The notes beneath the pieces were generated by a model. That model had not been told where the DNA came from. It ran no database searches and saw only the letters and a list, made by a program, of their open reading frames with translations. The position numbers and the translations under genes are program-made. DNA of 64,000 nt from Candidatus Pelearchaeum maunauluense (GTDB lineage: Archaea > Thermoproteota > Nitrososphaeria_A > Caldarchaeales > Caldarchaeaceae): NCBI GenBank assembly GCA_030059675.1, contig JANVYQ010000001.1:256001-320000 (forward strand), written 5' to 3'. Below are positions 19,185-28,902 of this stretch, piece by piece; positions within the stretch are counted from its first letter, which is position 1, and each line of letters opens with the position of its first letter.

Positions 19185-20228
19185 GTGAATGAGGTGAAGC
19201 TAGGCTCTACACCAACGGAAGAGGCGGTAGCTAGGGTAGTTGCGGCCGCCATGAAGTGGGGACCAACAAAGGTAGCTAGGATAGCTACCGAGTGCGGAAT
19301 CCCAACAGAGACTTGCCGCCACTACATTAAGACGCTCTTCAAGAAAGGCTACACTTTCACAGCCGTCGTTGACTATCATGCTCTTGGGCTACAGCAGTGT
19401 ATGGCGTTGCTGAGGCTAAGCCGCGAGTGGCGGCGTGGCTTGCGTGAGAATAATCTAGTCAGGTGGCTGGAGAGGATATATGCGGTATACCGCGCTGGCT
19501 TGGCTCAGGGTGGGGAGTATTTGTTCCACGTAGCGGTGCCGCAGGGTGAGGAGAGGGAGTATGTCAAGCTCCTTGAAGACCTTGTGGAGAAGGAGGTCAT
19601 AGAGCGGTATGAGTTCTACATGGTTAAGGACGGCTACTACGCGCCGCGCTGGATAAAGATGTACAGCCTCCTCCGCGACGCGTGGAGAAGCACGCCACTG
19701 GAGACCGAGATACAGAAAACCCCAATAACCTACAACAACGGAACAACAGACGTAGATAAGCTAGACCTCGCGATAATCCTCAGGCTGGAGATAGACCCAA
19801 GAAAACACAACCGCGAGATAGCCAAAGAAACAGGATACTCGGCGCAGCTCATAAGCTACCATAGACAGAAACATGTAGAAGGACAACGGCTCATAACGGG
19901 ATTTGTAGCAGAGCTAACTAGGGAGTCTCACGAGAGAAAGCTGCTGATTATAGCAACAAAGAGAGAAGAGCTCATAGACGAGGCTCTGTTGAATTATATG
20001 CATTTGAGGATTGAAACACCAGATAGTTATGTTATCTATCGTCTGCATCTTCCATTTCAACTACATACCAAGCTAACCCCAGATATTCAATCGCTCTTGT
20101 TGCATCATGATAAAATCATACGTTTCGGAATACCTCTGGAGCATTATAATGCTGATGGAGAGTGGACTAGCATTAGGCTATTCTTACAGAATGTTGATGA
20201 GGTTGTCGCTACAATTCGGCGAGAATAA
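19185..20228 (+). CDS. Tandem (duplicated) Lrp/AsnC-like wHTH transcription regulator
   Basis: Two HTH modules (VARIATECGIPTETCRHYI..VDYHALGL and DKLDLAII..EIAKETGYSAQLISYH), each followed by an alpha/beta domain ending Y..W. Confidence 0.75.
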   Translation: MNEVKLGSTPTEEAVARVVAAAMKWGPTKVARIATECGIPTETCRHYIKTLFKKGYTFTAVVDYHALGLQQCMALLRLSREWRRGLRENNLVRWLERIYAVYRAGLAQGGEYLFHVAVPQGEEREYVKLLEDLVEKEVIERYEFYMVKDGYYAPRWIKMYSLLRDAWRSTPLETEIQKTPITYNNGTTDVDKLDLAIILRLEIDPRKHNREIAKETGYSAQLISYHRQKHVEGQRLITGFVAELTRESHERKLLIIATKREELIDEALLNYMHLRIETPDSYVIYRLHLPFQLHTKLTPDIQSLLLHHDKIIRFGIPLEHYNADGEWTSIRLFLQNVDEVVATIRRE

Positions 20229-20278
20229 CAAAAGAGGTAGAAGGTTGAGAAAATAGAGGAGGGTGGAGATAGCTTTAG

Positions 20279-20431
20279 CTAGCTTAAATCCCATCCTGGT
20301 AGTGGTGGTCCTGCGTTAGCTGATATTATGAGCTGTAGCGCTAGTAGGGCTGTTAGGGTTGCTAGGCCTAGGACTGTCCATTTTGACGGCTTTGTTGCGA
20401 AAAGGCTTCGTATCGCGAATATGCGTATCAT
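20279..20431 (-). CDS. Small secreted pre-peptide, 50 aa (not in ORF track)
   Basis: MIRIFAIRSLFATKPSKWTVLGLATLTALLALQLIISANA-GPPLPGWDLS; AAGGAG just upstream; TATA box (rc CTTTATATAC) at 20501-20510. Confidence 0.7.
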   Translation of the reverse strand: MIRIFAIRSLFATKPSKWTVLGLATLTALLALQLIISANAGPPLPGWDLS

Positions 20432-20586
20432 ACTCCTTATACACCGCTATTTTCTAGACTTAGGTTGGAGATAACTTTTTCGTTTTGATTTCTCATGATA
20501 GTATATAAAGCTTTAGCAGATTATAAACCATAAAACAAAACAACCAAAGTAAGGATGTTTGAAAAAGGAAAGAGAGTTTTCGGGGT

Positions 20587-21264
20587 TTAACGCCTCTTCC
20601 TCTGGTATTCGTAGGACTCTCCTGGGTTTAGGACTACCACTTTAACGCCCTTGGCTTTTCTCTTGACTAGGCGGGCAAACTCGTTGGGGTCTTGTTTTAT
20701 CGCGTCAAAGGTGTTGTAGTGCATGGGTATCGCTACTTTTGGTTTTATGAGCGCCGCTGCTACCGCTGCTTCTGTCGGGCTCATGGTGAATAGGCTTCCT
20801 ATCGGTAGTAGTGCTATGTCTGGCTTGTAGAGCTGTCCTATCAGCTTCATGTCGCCGAAGAGTCCTGTGTCGCCTGCGTGGTAAATTGTTGCTTCTTCGC
20901 CTCGTATGATTATGCCGCATGGGTTTCCTGAGTGGTGTGCTGGTGTGAGCGCCGCTCTTATCCCCTCAACATCAAAGAAGCCGCCTATGTTAGCGCCTAG
21001 GGTTTTCTCCACACCCGCGTCGCTGGCCTTGACGGTCAGCTCATACATGCCAACAACGGTGGCGCCCAGCCTCTTAGCAAGCTCAAAAGCATCACCCACA
21101 TGGTCAAAATGCTCGTGGGAGACGAAGACGATGTCAGCCCTGTCTATCTCCTCAGGCTTCACAGAGGCAACAGGGTTCTGCGACAGGAATGGGTCTATGA
21201 GAATCACCTTACCGTCCAGCTCAATACGCCACGCGGCATGACCGAGCCACTCAAGACGCGCCAT
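20587..21264 (-). CDS. UPF0173 metallo-beta-lactamase fold hydrolase
   Basis: WLGHA, SHEHFDH, YHAGDTG and PMHYNTF. Confidence 0.92.
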   Translation of the reverse strand: MARLEWLGHAAWRIELDGKVILIDPFLSQNPVASVKPEEIDRADIVFVSHEHFDHVGDAFELAKRLGATVVGMYELTVKASDAGVEKTLGANIGGFFDVEGIRAALTPAHHSGNPCGIIIRGEEATIYHAGDTGLFGDMKLIGQLYKPDIALLPIGSLFTMSPTEAAVAAALIKPKVAIPMHYNTFDAIKQDPNEFARLVKRKAKGVKVVVLNPGESYEYQRKRR

Positions 21265-21364
21265 ACAAAACACCAGCAATAACGGGGTGTGCTGACACTA
21301 TTTAAACAGAAGGAGCATTATTGTAGAGATTTAAGAGAGAGACGAATGCTTGGATAATGTTGGG

Positions 21365-21736
21365 ATGGGTCTCGTCTATGTGAATGGCTCAGTAGCCTAT
21401 GGCGGGAAGAGGGTTAGGGTCAGCTTCTTAGTGGATTCATGCGCCACCTATACTGTCTTGAAGAAAGCTGTCTGGGCTGAGCTGGGCTTAAAGCCTATGA
21501 GGGAGTCCGAGTTCATACTGGCTGACGGCACGGTGATAAAGAGAGCGTTATCAGAGGCCTTGATAGAGCTTCCAGGCTATGGAGAGTATCACAGCCCAGT
21601 AGTCTTAGGCGAGGAGGAAGACGAAAACATGCTGGGAGCGGTAACTCTTGAGATATTCGGGCTGGTTTTAGACCCGTTTAAACGCGAGCTAAGGCCTATA
21701 AGGTCTTTGATGAAGCTTCTAGCCGCTAAGCTCTAG
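21365..21736 (+). CDS. Retropepsin-like (clan AA) aspartyl protease
   Basis: FLVDSCATYT (normally DTGA/DSGA), LADG and LGAVTLE. Confidence 0.75.
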   Translation: MGLVYVNGSVAYGGKRVRVSFLVDSCATYTVLKKAVWAELGLKPMRESEFILADGTVIKRALSEALIELPGYGEYHSPVVLGEEEDENMLGAVTLEIFGLVLDPFKRELRPIRSLMKLLAAKL

Positions 21737-22110
21737 GTAGAGCTTCACGGCAAGCTCGGCGAATCTTGGGTCGTTAATGTCGGTGCCCAACTCCTCTATG
21801 GCTACGTTTCTGCCTAGCTGTTGTTTTAGGCGTTCTACGAAGAGCTTATTGCTCCCAGGCTCGTATAGCTCTCCGCCCTCTACGTCTAGGACTGACCAGC
21901 CCCTCGTGGGTATTACGAATGCTATCCCCCTTTTGAATTGGTTTAGCTTCTGGGCTAGCGTGTCGCATACCTGCATGAGCTCCTCGCGGATTAGCCTGAC
22001 GTTGAGGTTGTATGGGTTGTGGGTGGATTTTACATCCCTCCCTGAAGCGTTGGGGTATGCTCTCAAGGGGGCCGAAGACAAGGTAGTTGATGCTCCCTGG
22101 AGCAGCGACT
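21719..22110 (-). pseudogene. UPF0261/Tm-1-like protein C-terminal fragment
   Basis: APGSINYLVFGP, HNP, IPTRGWSVLD and DINDPRFA spread over two frames. Confidence 0.65.
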
Positions 22111-22280
22111 AGCGGCGGTACGCGCTCAGCAAGCGCGAACGCAGTAGAGTAGGACGGATGACCATGAATAACAGCGTTCAACTCAGGCCTAGCCTTGTAA
22201 ATCCCTAGGTGGAAGCGATACTCCTTAGAGGGCTGCCCCTCCCCCAAAGCTTACGCCCCTCAAGGTCTATAACGCTCATC
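22110..22280 (-). pseudogene. Class II aldolase/adducin fragment
   Basis: PSKEYRFHLGIYKARPELNAVIHGHPSYSTAFA; boundaries approximate. Confidence 0.7.
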
Positions 22281-22660
22281 ATGACGAGCATCCTATCGCT
22301 GTGGTAGTTACCCCCCTCTTGGGCAGCCCCACTCCTAGGCCTCCTCCCCAACCTCCTTATCAAATCCCTATACCTCTTGCCTTTGAGGCCTGCCGTTATG
22401 AAGTCTCCGTCCGCCTCGATCACGCCTGACAGCCTAGCCACGTCCGTCTGACTAGATAGGATGGGTAGAATCTTATACACGGTGCCACATCCTATCTTGA
22501 GGGGTAGGCCGTGATGGAGGTGTTCACGAAGAGAAGGACGAACTCTACTAGGCTTAGCCTAGAGTAGTGCAGCAATGTTCCAGTCTTGTCGTTAAAGCTC
22601 CCACCACATCCCCTGCAGAGATACCTACCCCACCTCTTAAACAACCCCTTATCCAGACAC
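22280..22660 (-). mobile_element. IS1595-family (ISXO2-like) transposase remnant
   Basis: Minus-strand YLCRGCGGSFNDKTGTLLHYSRLSL (Zn ribbon) and LSGVIEADGDFITAGLKG (first DDE motif); broken frames; boundaries approximate. Confidence 0.7.
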
Positions 22661-22741
22661 TATTGTTAAAGTTTAAAAATAACTTAATCGAATAGTATGA
22701 ATGGATAAGACAAGCCGCAGGGCCCTCGAATGGGGGCTCTG

Positions 22742-23254
22742 CTATAATCGTGTCTCTTCTATTATGTCGTATATATAGGTTACTTTATCTGCTAGTAGTT
22801 TCAAGTCTCTTCCTAGAGCGTCTTTAAACGAGGCTATCTCCACTCGTTTTCCTTGGTCTTTTACAGTCTTCACGGCTTCTATGTAATCCGAGTCCCCACT
22901 AACCAGTATAGCCGTATCGTATGCATTCCTAAATGCAAGCGTTATCAGTTTAGTTACTAACGCAACATCGACGCCCTTTTCTATTCTTATCGATTGTCCT
23001 TGAAACTGTCTCTCCCTTAGAGGCCTTGCGAACACCTCTATCCCGTTGAGGCTTAGGTTATCGTAGAACTTCTGAGGCTTCTTATCAGGATGGTATGAGC
23101 CGAAGAATTAACTCCTAACAAGATACCTATCCCCGCAGAGTGATTTAACAAGCTTAAGATAGTCAATCCTTAGTTGTTTCTTGTTTCTAGCACTCCACCG
23201 ATTAGCCGAGTGCAAAACATTAGAACCATCTATGAAAATCATTACCCGCTCCAA
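22742..23254 (-). pseudogene. NYN (LabA/DUF88, PIN-like) domain protein, frameshifted
   Basis: MERVMIFIDGSN from TTG 23254, frameshift near 23113, then EKGVDV and LVSGDSDY. Confidence 0.8.
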
Positions 23255-23255
23255 A

Positions 23256-24329
23256 TCAATCACTCAACCCAAGCTCCTTAAGCAGTCGTGGGTTTTTCTT
23301 CGCTATTAACTCTGTTAACCGTTCGTAAAATTCGACAGCTTCTTCTAATGCTTTAACCTTCTCTGATTCTAGCGGAGTATATAATGCGCCGAATATCCTC
23401 ATCGCCTTATCGGCCTTCTCCATCTCGGCTTTTATCATCTCAGGCTGCGGCAAATAATACACCTTCTCAACCATACCAGTGTTATGCTCCATCCAAAGGT
23501 CTATCAACTGCTTATTCACCCCTGCGCCTTCTAGCTGTGTCCGAAACCAATTCCGAAAAACATGTGGATGCAAAACATAGGCCGAGCCGTCAGGCGTCTT
23601 CATATCTAAACCTAATCGCTTGAGCAAAGCACCATACTCCTCGTAGAAACGGTTCTTCGGTATTGGTTTCTCAGGATCGCCATTAACGTGAAACACATAT
23701 CCCCTGTTTAGTTTCGCTTCATGAATGTAGCGCTCAAGCTCGGCTTTCAGCTCAGAGAATATAGGAACATCACGGGGGTATCCGCTCTTTGTAATCTCCC
23801 CAGGTAGGTGAATCGTGTTATTTTCAAGGTCAATATATTCAACTCGCAGTTTCAAAGCCTCGCCTAAACGTAATCCTGTCAGAGGCAGGAGATGAAGCAA
23901 CAACCTCATACGTCTAGACCGTGTAGCCATTATTAGCCGCTGCAGCTCGCTTAATGAAGGGATGCGGTCTATCCTGCGCGGTGATTTCTTAGGTAGCTTA
24001 ACCTTCCGCTCAGGTATGCTGATCTCATAATAGTCAAGGAAGGATCGTAGTAGGTAGAGGCGAAACCTTATGCTCTTCGGAGATAACCCCTTCTCAACCA
24101 GCTGGTTTACGAATAGTTGCAGGCCATCCAGTAGTTTACGCCTATTTCCCCTGCCTAACTCGATAAGTTCAGAAATACTAAATACGCCAAGAATATCTCT
24201 AAGCTCCTCCAAGCTCTTAACAAGGGTAGAGTCCTGTCGACGCTTAACCAACTGCGGATTCAGCCTTAAATACGGTTCAATACATTCCTCAACTGATGAC
24301 TCCCCACCACCACGCCCATACCACGACAT
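23256..24329 (-). CDS. Tyrosine recombinase/integrase
   Basis: TGLRLGE (R), TKS (K), HVFR (HxxR), MEH and VYY (Y); abuts tRNA-Lys. Confidence 0.9.
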   Translation of the reverse strand: MSWYGRGGGESSVEECIEPYLRLNPQLVKRRQDSTLVKSLEELRDILGVFSISELIELGRGNRRKLLDGLQLFVNQLVEKGLSPKSIRFRLYLLRSFLDYYEISIPERKVKLPKKSPRRIDRIPSLSELQRLIMATRSRRMRLLLHLLPLTGLRLGEALKLRVEYIDLENNTIHLPGEITKSGYPRDVPIFSELKAELERYIHEAKLNRGYVFHVNGDPEKPIPKNRFYEEYGALLKRLGLDMKTPDGSAYVLHPHVFRNWFRTQLEGAGVNKQLIDLWMEHNTGMVEKVYYLPQPEMIKAEMEKADKAMRIFGALYTPLESEKVKALEEAVEFYERLTELIAKKNPRLLKELGLSD

Positions 24330-24382
24330 CAACAGAAATAGGGAGAGCAAAATATTTAAAAATAGTGTTTAGCACCGAACAT

Positions 24383-24457
24383 GGGCCCGTAGCTCAGCCA
24401 GGATAGAGCACCGGGCTTTTAACCCGGGGGTCGCGGGTTCAAAGCCCGCCGGGCCCG
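24383..24457 (+). tRNA. tRNA-Lys (TTT)
   Basis: GGGCCCG/CGGGCCC acceptor stem, anticodon arm CCGGG-CT TTT AA-CCCGG, GGTTCAAA T-loop; no encoded CCA. Confidence 0.96.
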
Positions 24458-24461
24458 GTTG

Positions 24462-24623
24462 TTATCTTGTTTTTAGTATGAGGAGGAGTAGTGCCATGCC
24501 TATTATGAAGAGGATTAGGCCTGTGAGTTCTATTATTAGTCTCCAGCTTAGTGCTGCTCCTATTATTATGAGGAGTAGGGCTAGTATGAGGAGGAGTGGT
24601 TTTGCTGTTTTTAGTTGTGGCAC
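24462..24623 (-). CDS. Small two-TM membrane protein, 53 aa (not in ORF track)
   Basis: MPQLKTAKPLLLILALLLIIIGAALSWRLIIELTGLILFIIGMALLLLILKTR. Confidence 0.5.
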   Translation of the reverse strand: MPQLKTAKPLLLILALLLIIIGAALSWRLIIELTGLILFIIGMALLLLILKTR

Positions 24624-24671
24624 TTCTGGTCGTTTTCTTTGTTTGTTTTGTTGATATAATGTTTTTGGTTG

Positions 24672-26255
24672 TTACATGGAGAGGGCTCCTGCTGCCTTTA
24701 CTCTTATTCTTATGGCGTTTCCTGGTAGGTATGCTAGTGGTATCTCGTCAACTTCTACGACTTGTACTGTGTCTGGTTTGGCTCCTGCTCTTATTGCTTC
24801 TTGTATTGCCATTTCTTTTGCCTGTTTTATCGCTTCGTCGCGACTCATGTGATCTAGTGTGAATATTCTGTCTATCTCTCCGCTTACCTGTGCTATTGCT
24901 GCTCCTATTGCGTTGGCGAACTGGAAGTGTTCTGGCCTTATTACGCGTGAGACTCCCTTCAGCTTGTCGTAGTGTGATGGTGGTATGATTATTCCGCCTC
25001 CACCCACTAGGACGACTGGGAGGGGCTCTGGGCTTGTCTTCATCTTGTCTATTGAGTTCTCCACTAGGCTTATGATTTTGCTTACCGCGCGTGTTAGGAA
25101 GTTGCCGTCAAGGTTCTTGAGTCTGTTTAGGTCTATTCTTGGGTCTTCTATCTTGGCGTAGCCCAATGCCAGTGCTACGTCTGTTGTTGTTATAGTATCT
25201 CCTCCCCATGCGAGGCCTTTTCTAACGATGTCGTAGCCTACGCTCTGCGGGCCTATCTCCACGTCTGAGTCTGTTTTTCTTACTATTGTTCCTCCACCGC
25301 AGCCTATCGCTATTAGGTCTGGCATTCTGAAGTTTGTGCGCACACCGCCTATCTCCACCGCGACCGCCGACTCGCGTGGGAAGCCTCTCACAAGAGCGCC
25401 TACTAGGGTTGTTGTCCCGCCTATGTCTACGACTATTCCGTCTTGTAGCTGTGTTAGGTGTGCTGCTCCCCTTATGCTGTTTGTGGGGCCTGAGGCTACT
25501 GTTCTTATTGGATACTTTCGCGCGTAGTCTGCTGACATTAGTGTGCCGTCGTTTTGGGTGAGGTAGAGCTTGGCCTTGTTGAGGCCTGCTTCGCGCATCG
25601 CGTTTTCAAACGCGCTTATCGCTGCTTCTGCGATGCTTATCACCGCGGCGTTGAGTATAGCCGCGCTCTCCCGCTCAAGGAGCCCTATGCTCCCAATCTC
25701 ATGTGAGAGCGTTACGGGGAAGTTCTGTCCAAGCTCTTCCGCTATTATCTCTGCTGCTCTTTTCTCGTGGTCTGTTGAGACTGGTGAGAAGACTGAGCAT
25801 ATGGCTATTGTCTCGGCTTTCTGTTCGCGCATTTTGCGCGCCGCTTCTCTCAGCTCCTTCTCGTCTAGTGGCGCTATCTCGCGGCCATCGTATTCGTGGC
25901 CGCCTGATATGATTGTCCATAGGTTTCCCACAGCTTCGCGTAGGTCTGCTGGGAATGCGCGTAGGGGCTTTATCGCTAGTGTGGCTGGCTTCGCTATTCG
26001 TATGACGCCAACCCTGTTGAGCCGTTTCCGCTCAACTATCGCGTTGGTGCAGTGCGTGGTTCCCAGCATGGCTGCCTGAATCTCCTCTGGGTCTACGTCG
26101 CTTCCCTTCAGTACATCCCGTAATGCGTTGAGGATTCCCGTTGTTACGTCTGGTGTTGTCTGCGTCTTGACAGCATATACGAGGTTGTTCTTCTCGTCTA
26201 GGATTACGGCGTCGGTGTGTGTTCCGCCTACGTCTATCCCTATTCTGAGCGGCAT
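24672..26255 (-). CDS. Hydantoinase/oxoprolinase A-family protein (copy 1)
   Basis: GIDVGGTHTDAV, QNDGTL, SGPTNS, VDIGGTTT and ANAIGAA. Confidence 0.9.
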   Translation of the reverse strand: MPLRIGIDVGGTHTDAVILDEKNNLVYAVKTQTTPDVTTGILNALRDVLKGSDVDPEEIQAAMLGTTHCTNAIVERKRLNRVGVIRIAKPATLAIKPLRAFPADLREAVGNLWTIISGGHEYDGREIAPLDEKELREAARKMREQKAETIAICSVFSPVSTDHEKRAAEIIAEELGQNFPVTLSHEIGSIGLLERESAAILNAAVISIAEAAISAFENAMREAGLNKAKLYLTQNDGTLMSADYARKYPIRTVASGPTNSIRGAAHLTQLQDGIVVDIGGTTTLVGALVRGFPRESAVAVEIGGVRTNFRMPDLIAIGCGGGTIVRKTDSDVEIGPQSVGYDIVRKGLAWGGDTITTTDVALALGYAKIEDPRIDLNRLKNLDGNFLTRAVSKIISLVENSIDKMKTSPEPLPVVLVGGGGIIIPPSHYDKLKGVSRVIRPEHFQFANAIGAAIAQVSGEIDRIFTLDHMSRDEAIKQAKEMAIQEAIRAGAKPDTVQVVEVDEIPLAYLPGNAIRIRVKAAGALSM

Positions 26256-26265
26256 CTTCCTTTCT

Positions 26266-27342
26266 TCACCTCTTGCACATCCTCTCCTCTATTGGTATGT
26301 AATCTATGTCGTAGCCGAAGTATCTGGGGCCTACTACCTCTAGTGCTTTTGGTGTTCGCCACTTGGGGTTGCATGGGATTCCCACGACTACCGCCCTGTA
26401 TCCGTATCTCAGTCCCTCAGTTGTTATTGGCTGGCCTGTCTCCGCCTCCAATACTGTTATCAGGTCTGGGACGCTCGCGACTATCTCTCCATCCCTTATC
26501 GCTACGAGGTTCTCGTTTTGGAATCTTATCAAAAGCTCGTGGCCTGAGTATTCGTCTATCCCCTCAAACCTGGCCTCCCCTCTGGCGAAGCCAGCGACGG
26601 TTCTGCGCATCACATCAACTATCTTTCCCCTGAATATCTCGTAGCCCTTAACGTATTCAAGCATGGCTTGTATTGGGTTCTTCTTGTTCTCTCTCAGTAT
26701 CCTGCCTATGGTCTCGGCCATCGTGATTGAGCCATGAACGGTTGCTTCCTTGATTTGTTTGCCTGTCATGGTGTATAGCGCTATTACGGCTGAGCCACCC
26801 ATCACCACCGTTGCTGCTCTTGAGATACGCTCCGTCCATATGTTGTCTATAGTGTCTAGCATGACGAGATTCCCCTTCTCATCAACCATTATCATGGGTG
26901 TGGCTTTGACGCCGTAGAGATGGGGGACGACCATCTGTATCTCTGGGAACGCTCTCCCCATGCCGTCGCAATCAACTATAGGCACGCCCAGCCGCGCGGC
27001 TACCGCGAGCGGTATGGTTGAGTTTATGCCACCTGCCTCTATAGACATGGTTGCAACAGCCTTCTTACCAAAGCGCTTCTCAAGTATTCTGAATGCTTCA
27101 AGAGCCTCGTCCCCGCGTGGTATCTTCTCTATGATTACTGTAGGAGCGCCCATCATGGCTGTCGGTATAACGAGGTCATCATCGCTCACCTCTTCTGGGC
27201 TCAGGAGCTTGATGGGGCCATGCTCACTTATCGCGTCTATCGCCATTAGCTTGCCGATATACGGGTCTCCACCGCCTCCTGTTCCGAGAACAGCCGCGCC
27301 TATCGCTATATCCTCCACAGCACGCTCATCCAGCAAGCGCAT
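26266..27342 (-). CDS. DUF917 (S-methyl thiohydantoin desulfurase-like) protein (copy 1)
   Basis: LGTGGGGDP, MGAPT, EAGGIN, DGMGRAFPE, FQNENL and VPDLI. Confidence 0.9.
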   Translation of the reverse strand: MRLLDERAVEDIAIGAAVLGTGGGGDPYIGKLMAIDAISEHGPIKLLSPEEVSDDDLVIPTAMMGAPTVIIEKIPRGDEALEAFRILEKRFGKKAVATMSIEAGGINSTIPLAVAARLGVPIVDCDGMGRAFPEIQMVVPHLYGVKATPMIMVDEKGNLVMLDTIDNIWTERISRAATVVMGGSAVIALYTMTGKQIKEATVHGSITMAETIGRILRENKKNPIQAMLEYVKGYEIFRGKIVDVMRRTVAGFARGEARFEGIDEYSGHELLIRFQNENLVAIRDGEIVASVPDLITVLEAETGQPITTEGLRYGYRAVVVGIPCNPKWRTPKALEVVGPRYFGYDIDYIPIEERMCKR

Positions 27343-27478
27343 AGGCTTTCGGCTACGTGGAATATTAGATAATTAATTAGCATTAATTAGTGTTGGTTAA
27401 ATATACGATAATTGTTGGGGTTTTTGTTCTGAGAAACTTTAGTAAAGTTTATATAACTCCTATAAAGTTTTTCCGCGC

Positions 27479-28885
27479 ATGTCGTCTCAAAAGGTCTCTA
27501 GGAGGAAGTTCATCGCCATCGCTGGCGGTGCTGTAATAGTAGCGGCGGCGGCAGGACTTGCCTACACGACCCTCACGACACCGCAGCAGAGAACGCTCAG
27601 ATACTCCACGCACCCATTCTACTTCCCGCAGGACGCGGAGCAGAAGTTTGAGGAGGGGAACCAGAATCTGAATGTGGAAGTAACTTATGAGGAGTTCTTC
27701 GTCATGACGCAGAAGCAGCTGGCCAATCCCCAGACCTGGGATGTGGCCAGCTCTGGCAGGTATAGGATTATCATAGACGCTGGTATTGTTAGGCCTATAC
27801 CTGTTGAGAAGATTCCGCGCTGGCAGCCTGACAAGGTCTTGAGAATCTTCCAAGAGCCGCAGCGCTTCCTAAAGGATGGCGACCTTGAGGAGACCGTCAA
27901 ACGGTTTAACAAGCTAATATGGTTTGAGCCGAACAAGGTGTTTAGCGCCGTTCCGATTATGTGGAACTTTGACTCGCTGACCTATCTTCCTGAGATGCTA
28001 CCATATCAAGAGCGCGGCGCCCAGTATCGTGATGTAGAGTATGGGGAGCTCTGGAACCCAGAGTGGAAGGGACACACAGCGATGCAGGACGAGGCCTTCA
28101 CAGTCTTCACAGAGGTGGCCAACTACCTAGACGCGACAAAGCAGATTACCATAACGAGCGCCATCACAAACCTGAGCCAGCAGGAGGTTGACCAAATATA
28201 CGACTACCTACTCCCAATAGTTAAGGACGGTTTCATCAAGACCTTCTGGTTCAAATACGGTGATATAGTCTCGCTTATGTCCACGCGTGAGATATGGATA
28301 GCGAGTACTTGGCAGCCTGTTAGTTTTGACACGCGTAAGGCTGGGACTCCAGCATACTATGCTGCGCTCAAGCATGGGCCGTTCTTCTGGTATAACTCAA
28401 CATATGTGTCCAAGATGATAGACGACGCTACCGCTGAGGAGGCTATGAAGCTGGTTAACTGGCAGCTCAGCCTCTTTACGCAGCTCCTCTACACTAGGCA
28501 GGGTTATCCAACACCCGCTTATGGGTGGGATGACTATAAAAATGCTATGGGAGACGAGTTTTATGACTGGTTCTATAATGGGAAGGCTACATACCTGCCT
28601 ATTGACGAGGTTCTTAAGATAACGTTCCCAGACAAGCCTGACTTGGCTGAGCTTCCAGAGAGGTTGCAGCAGGCTCTCTTCGTCCCAGACCTATACTTCA
28701 AGCACTTCTGGGTTGGTGAGCCACCTAGGACAGGCTCCCCGCATCCGAAGGGGAACATAAGAGACCTGGGCTCTGTCCAGGAGAAGGAGGAGATGACGCG
28801 CTACTTCCTCTCACCAGACCTGCCAGACAACAACGACTACTATGTCAAGAAGTATGAGGAGCTGAAGGCCCTGGTTCCCAAGTAA
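27479..28885 (+). CDS. ABC substrate-binding protein (PotD-like) with Tat signal
   Basis: SRRKFI twin-arginine motif plus hydrophobic segment; LWNPEWKG; adjacent PotABC-like genes. Confidence 0.75.
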   Translation: MSSQKVSRRKFIAIAGGAVIVAAAAGLAYTTLTTPQQRTLRYSTHPFYFPQDAEQKFEEGNQNLNVEVTYEEFFVMTQKQLANPQTWDVASSGRYRIIIDAGIVRPIPVEKIPRWQPDKVLRIFQEPQRFLKDGDLEETVKRFNKLIWFEPNKVFSAVPIMWNFDSLTYLPEMLPYQERGAQYRDVEYGELWNPEWKGHTAMQDEAFTVFTEVANYLDATKQITITSAITNLSQQEVDQIYDYLLPIVKDGFIKTFWFKYGDIVSLMSTREIWIASTWQPVSFDTRKAGTPAYYAALKHGPFFWYNSTYVSKMIDDATAEEAMKLVNWQLSLFTQLLYTRQGYPTPAYGWDDYKNAMGDEFYDWFYNGKATYLPIDEVLKITFPDKPDLAELPERLQQALFVPDLYFKHFWVGEPPRTGSPHPKGNIRDLGSVQEKEEMTRYFLSPDLPDNNDYYVKKYEELKALVPK

Positions 28886-28902
28886 AGCATCCCTATCTTT
28901 CT

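Noticed and set aside
22719-22740. GGGCCC hairpin as attL copy of tRNA-Lys
   Set aside because: Only 6 nt match the tRNA end; it is more likely a simple stem-loop after the NYN gene.
24596-24862. Hydrophobic + strand ORF (88 aa)
   Set aside because: Shadow of G/T-skewed DNA antisense to the hydantoinase 3' end.
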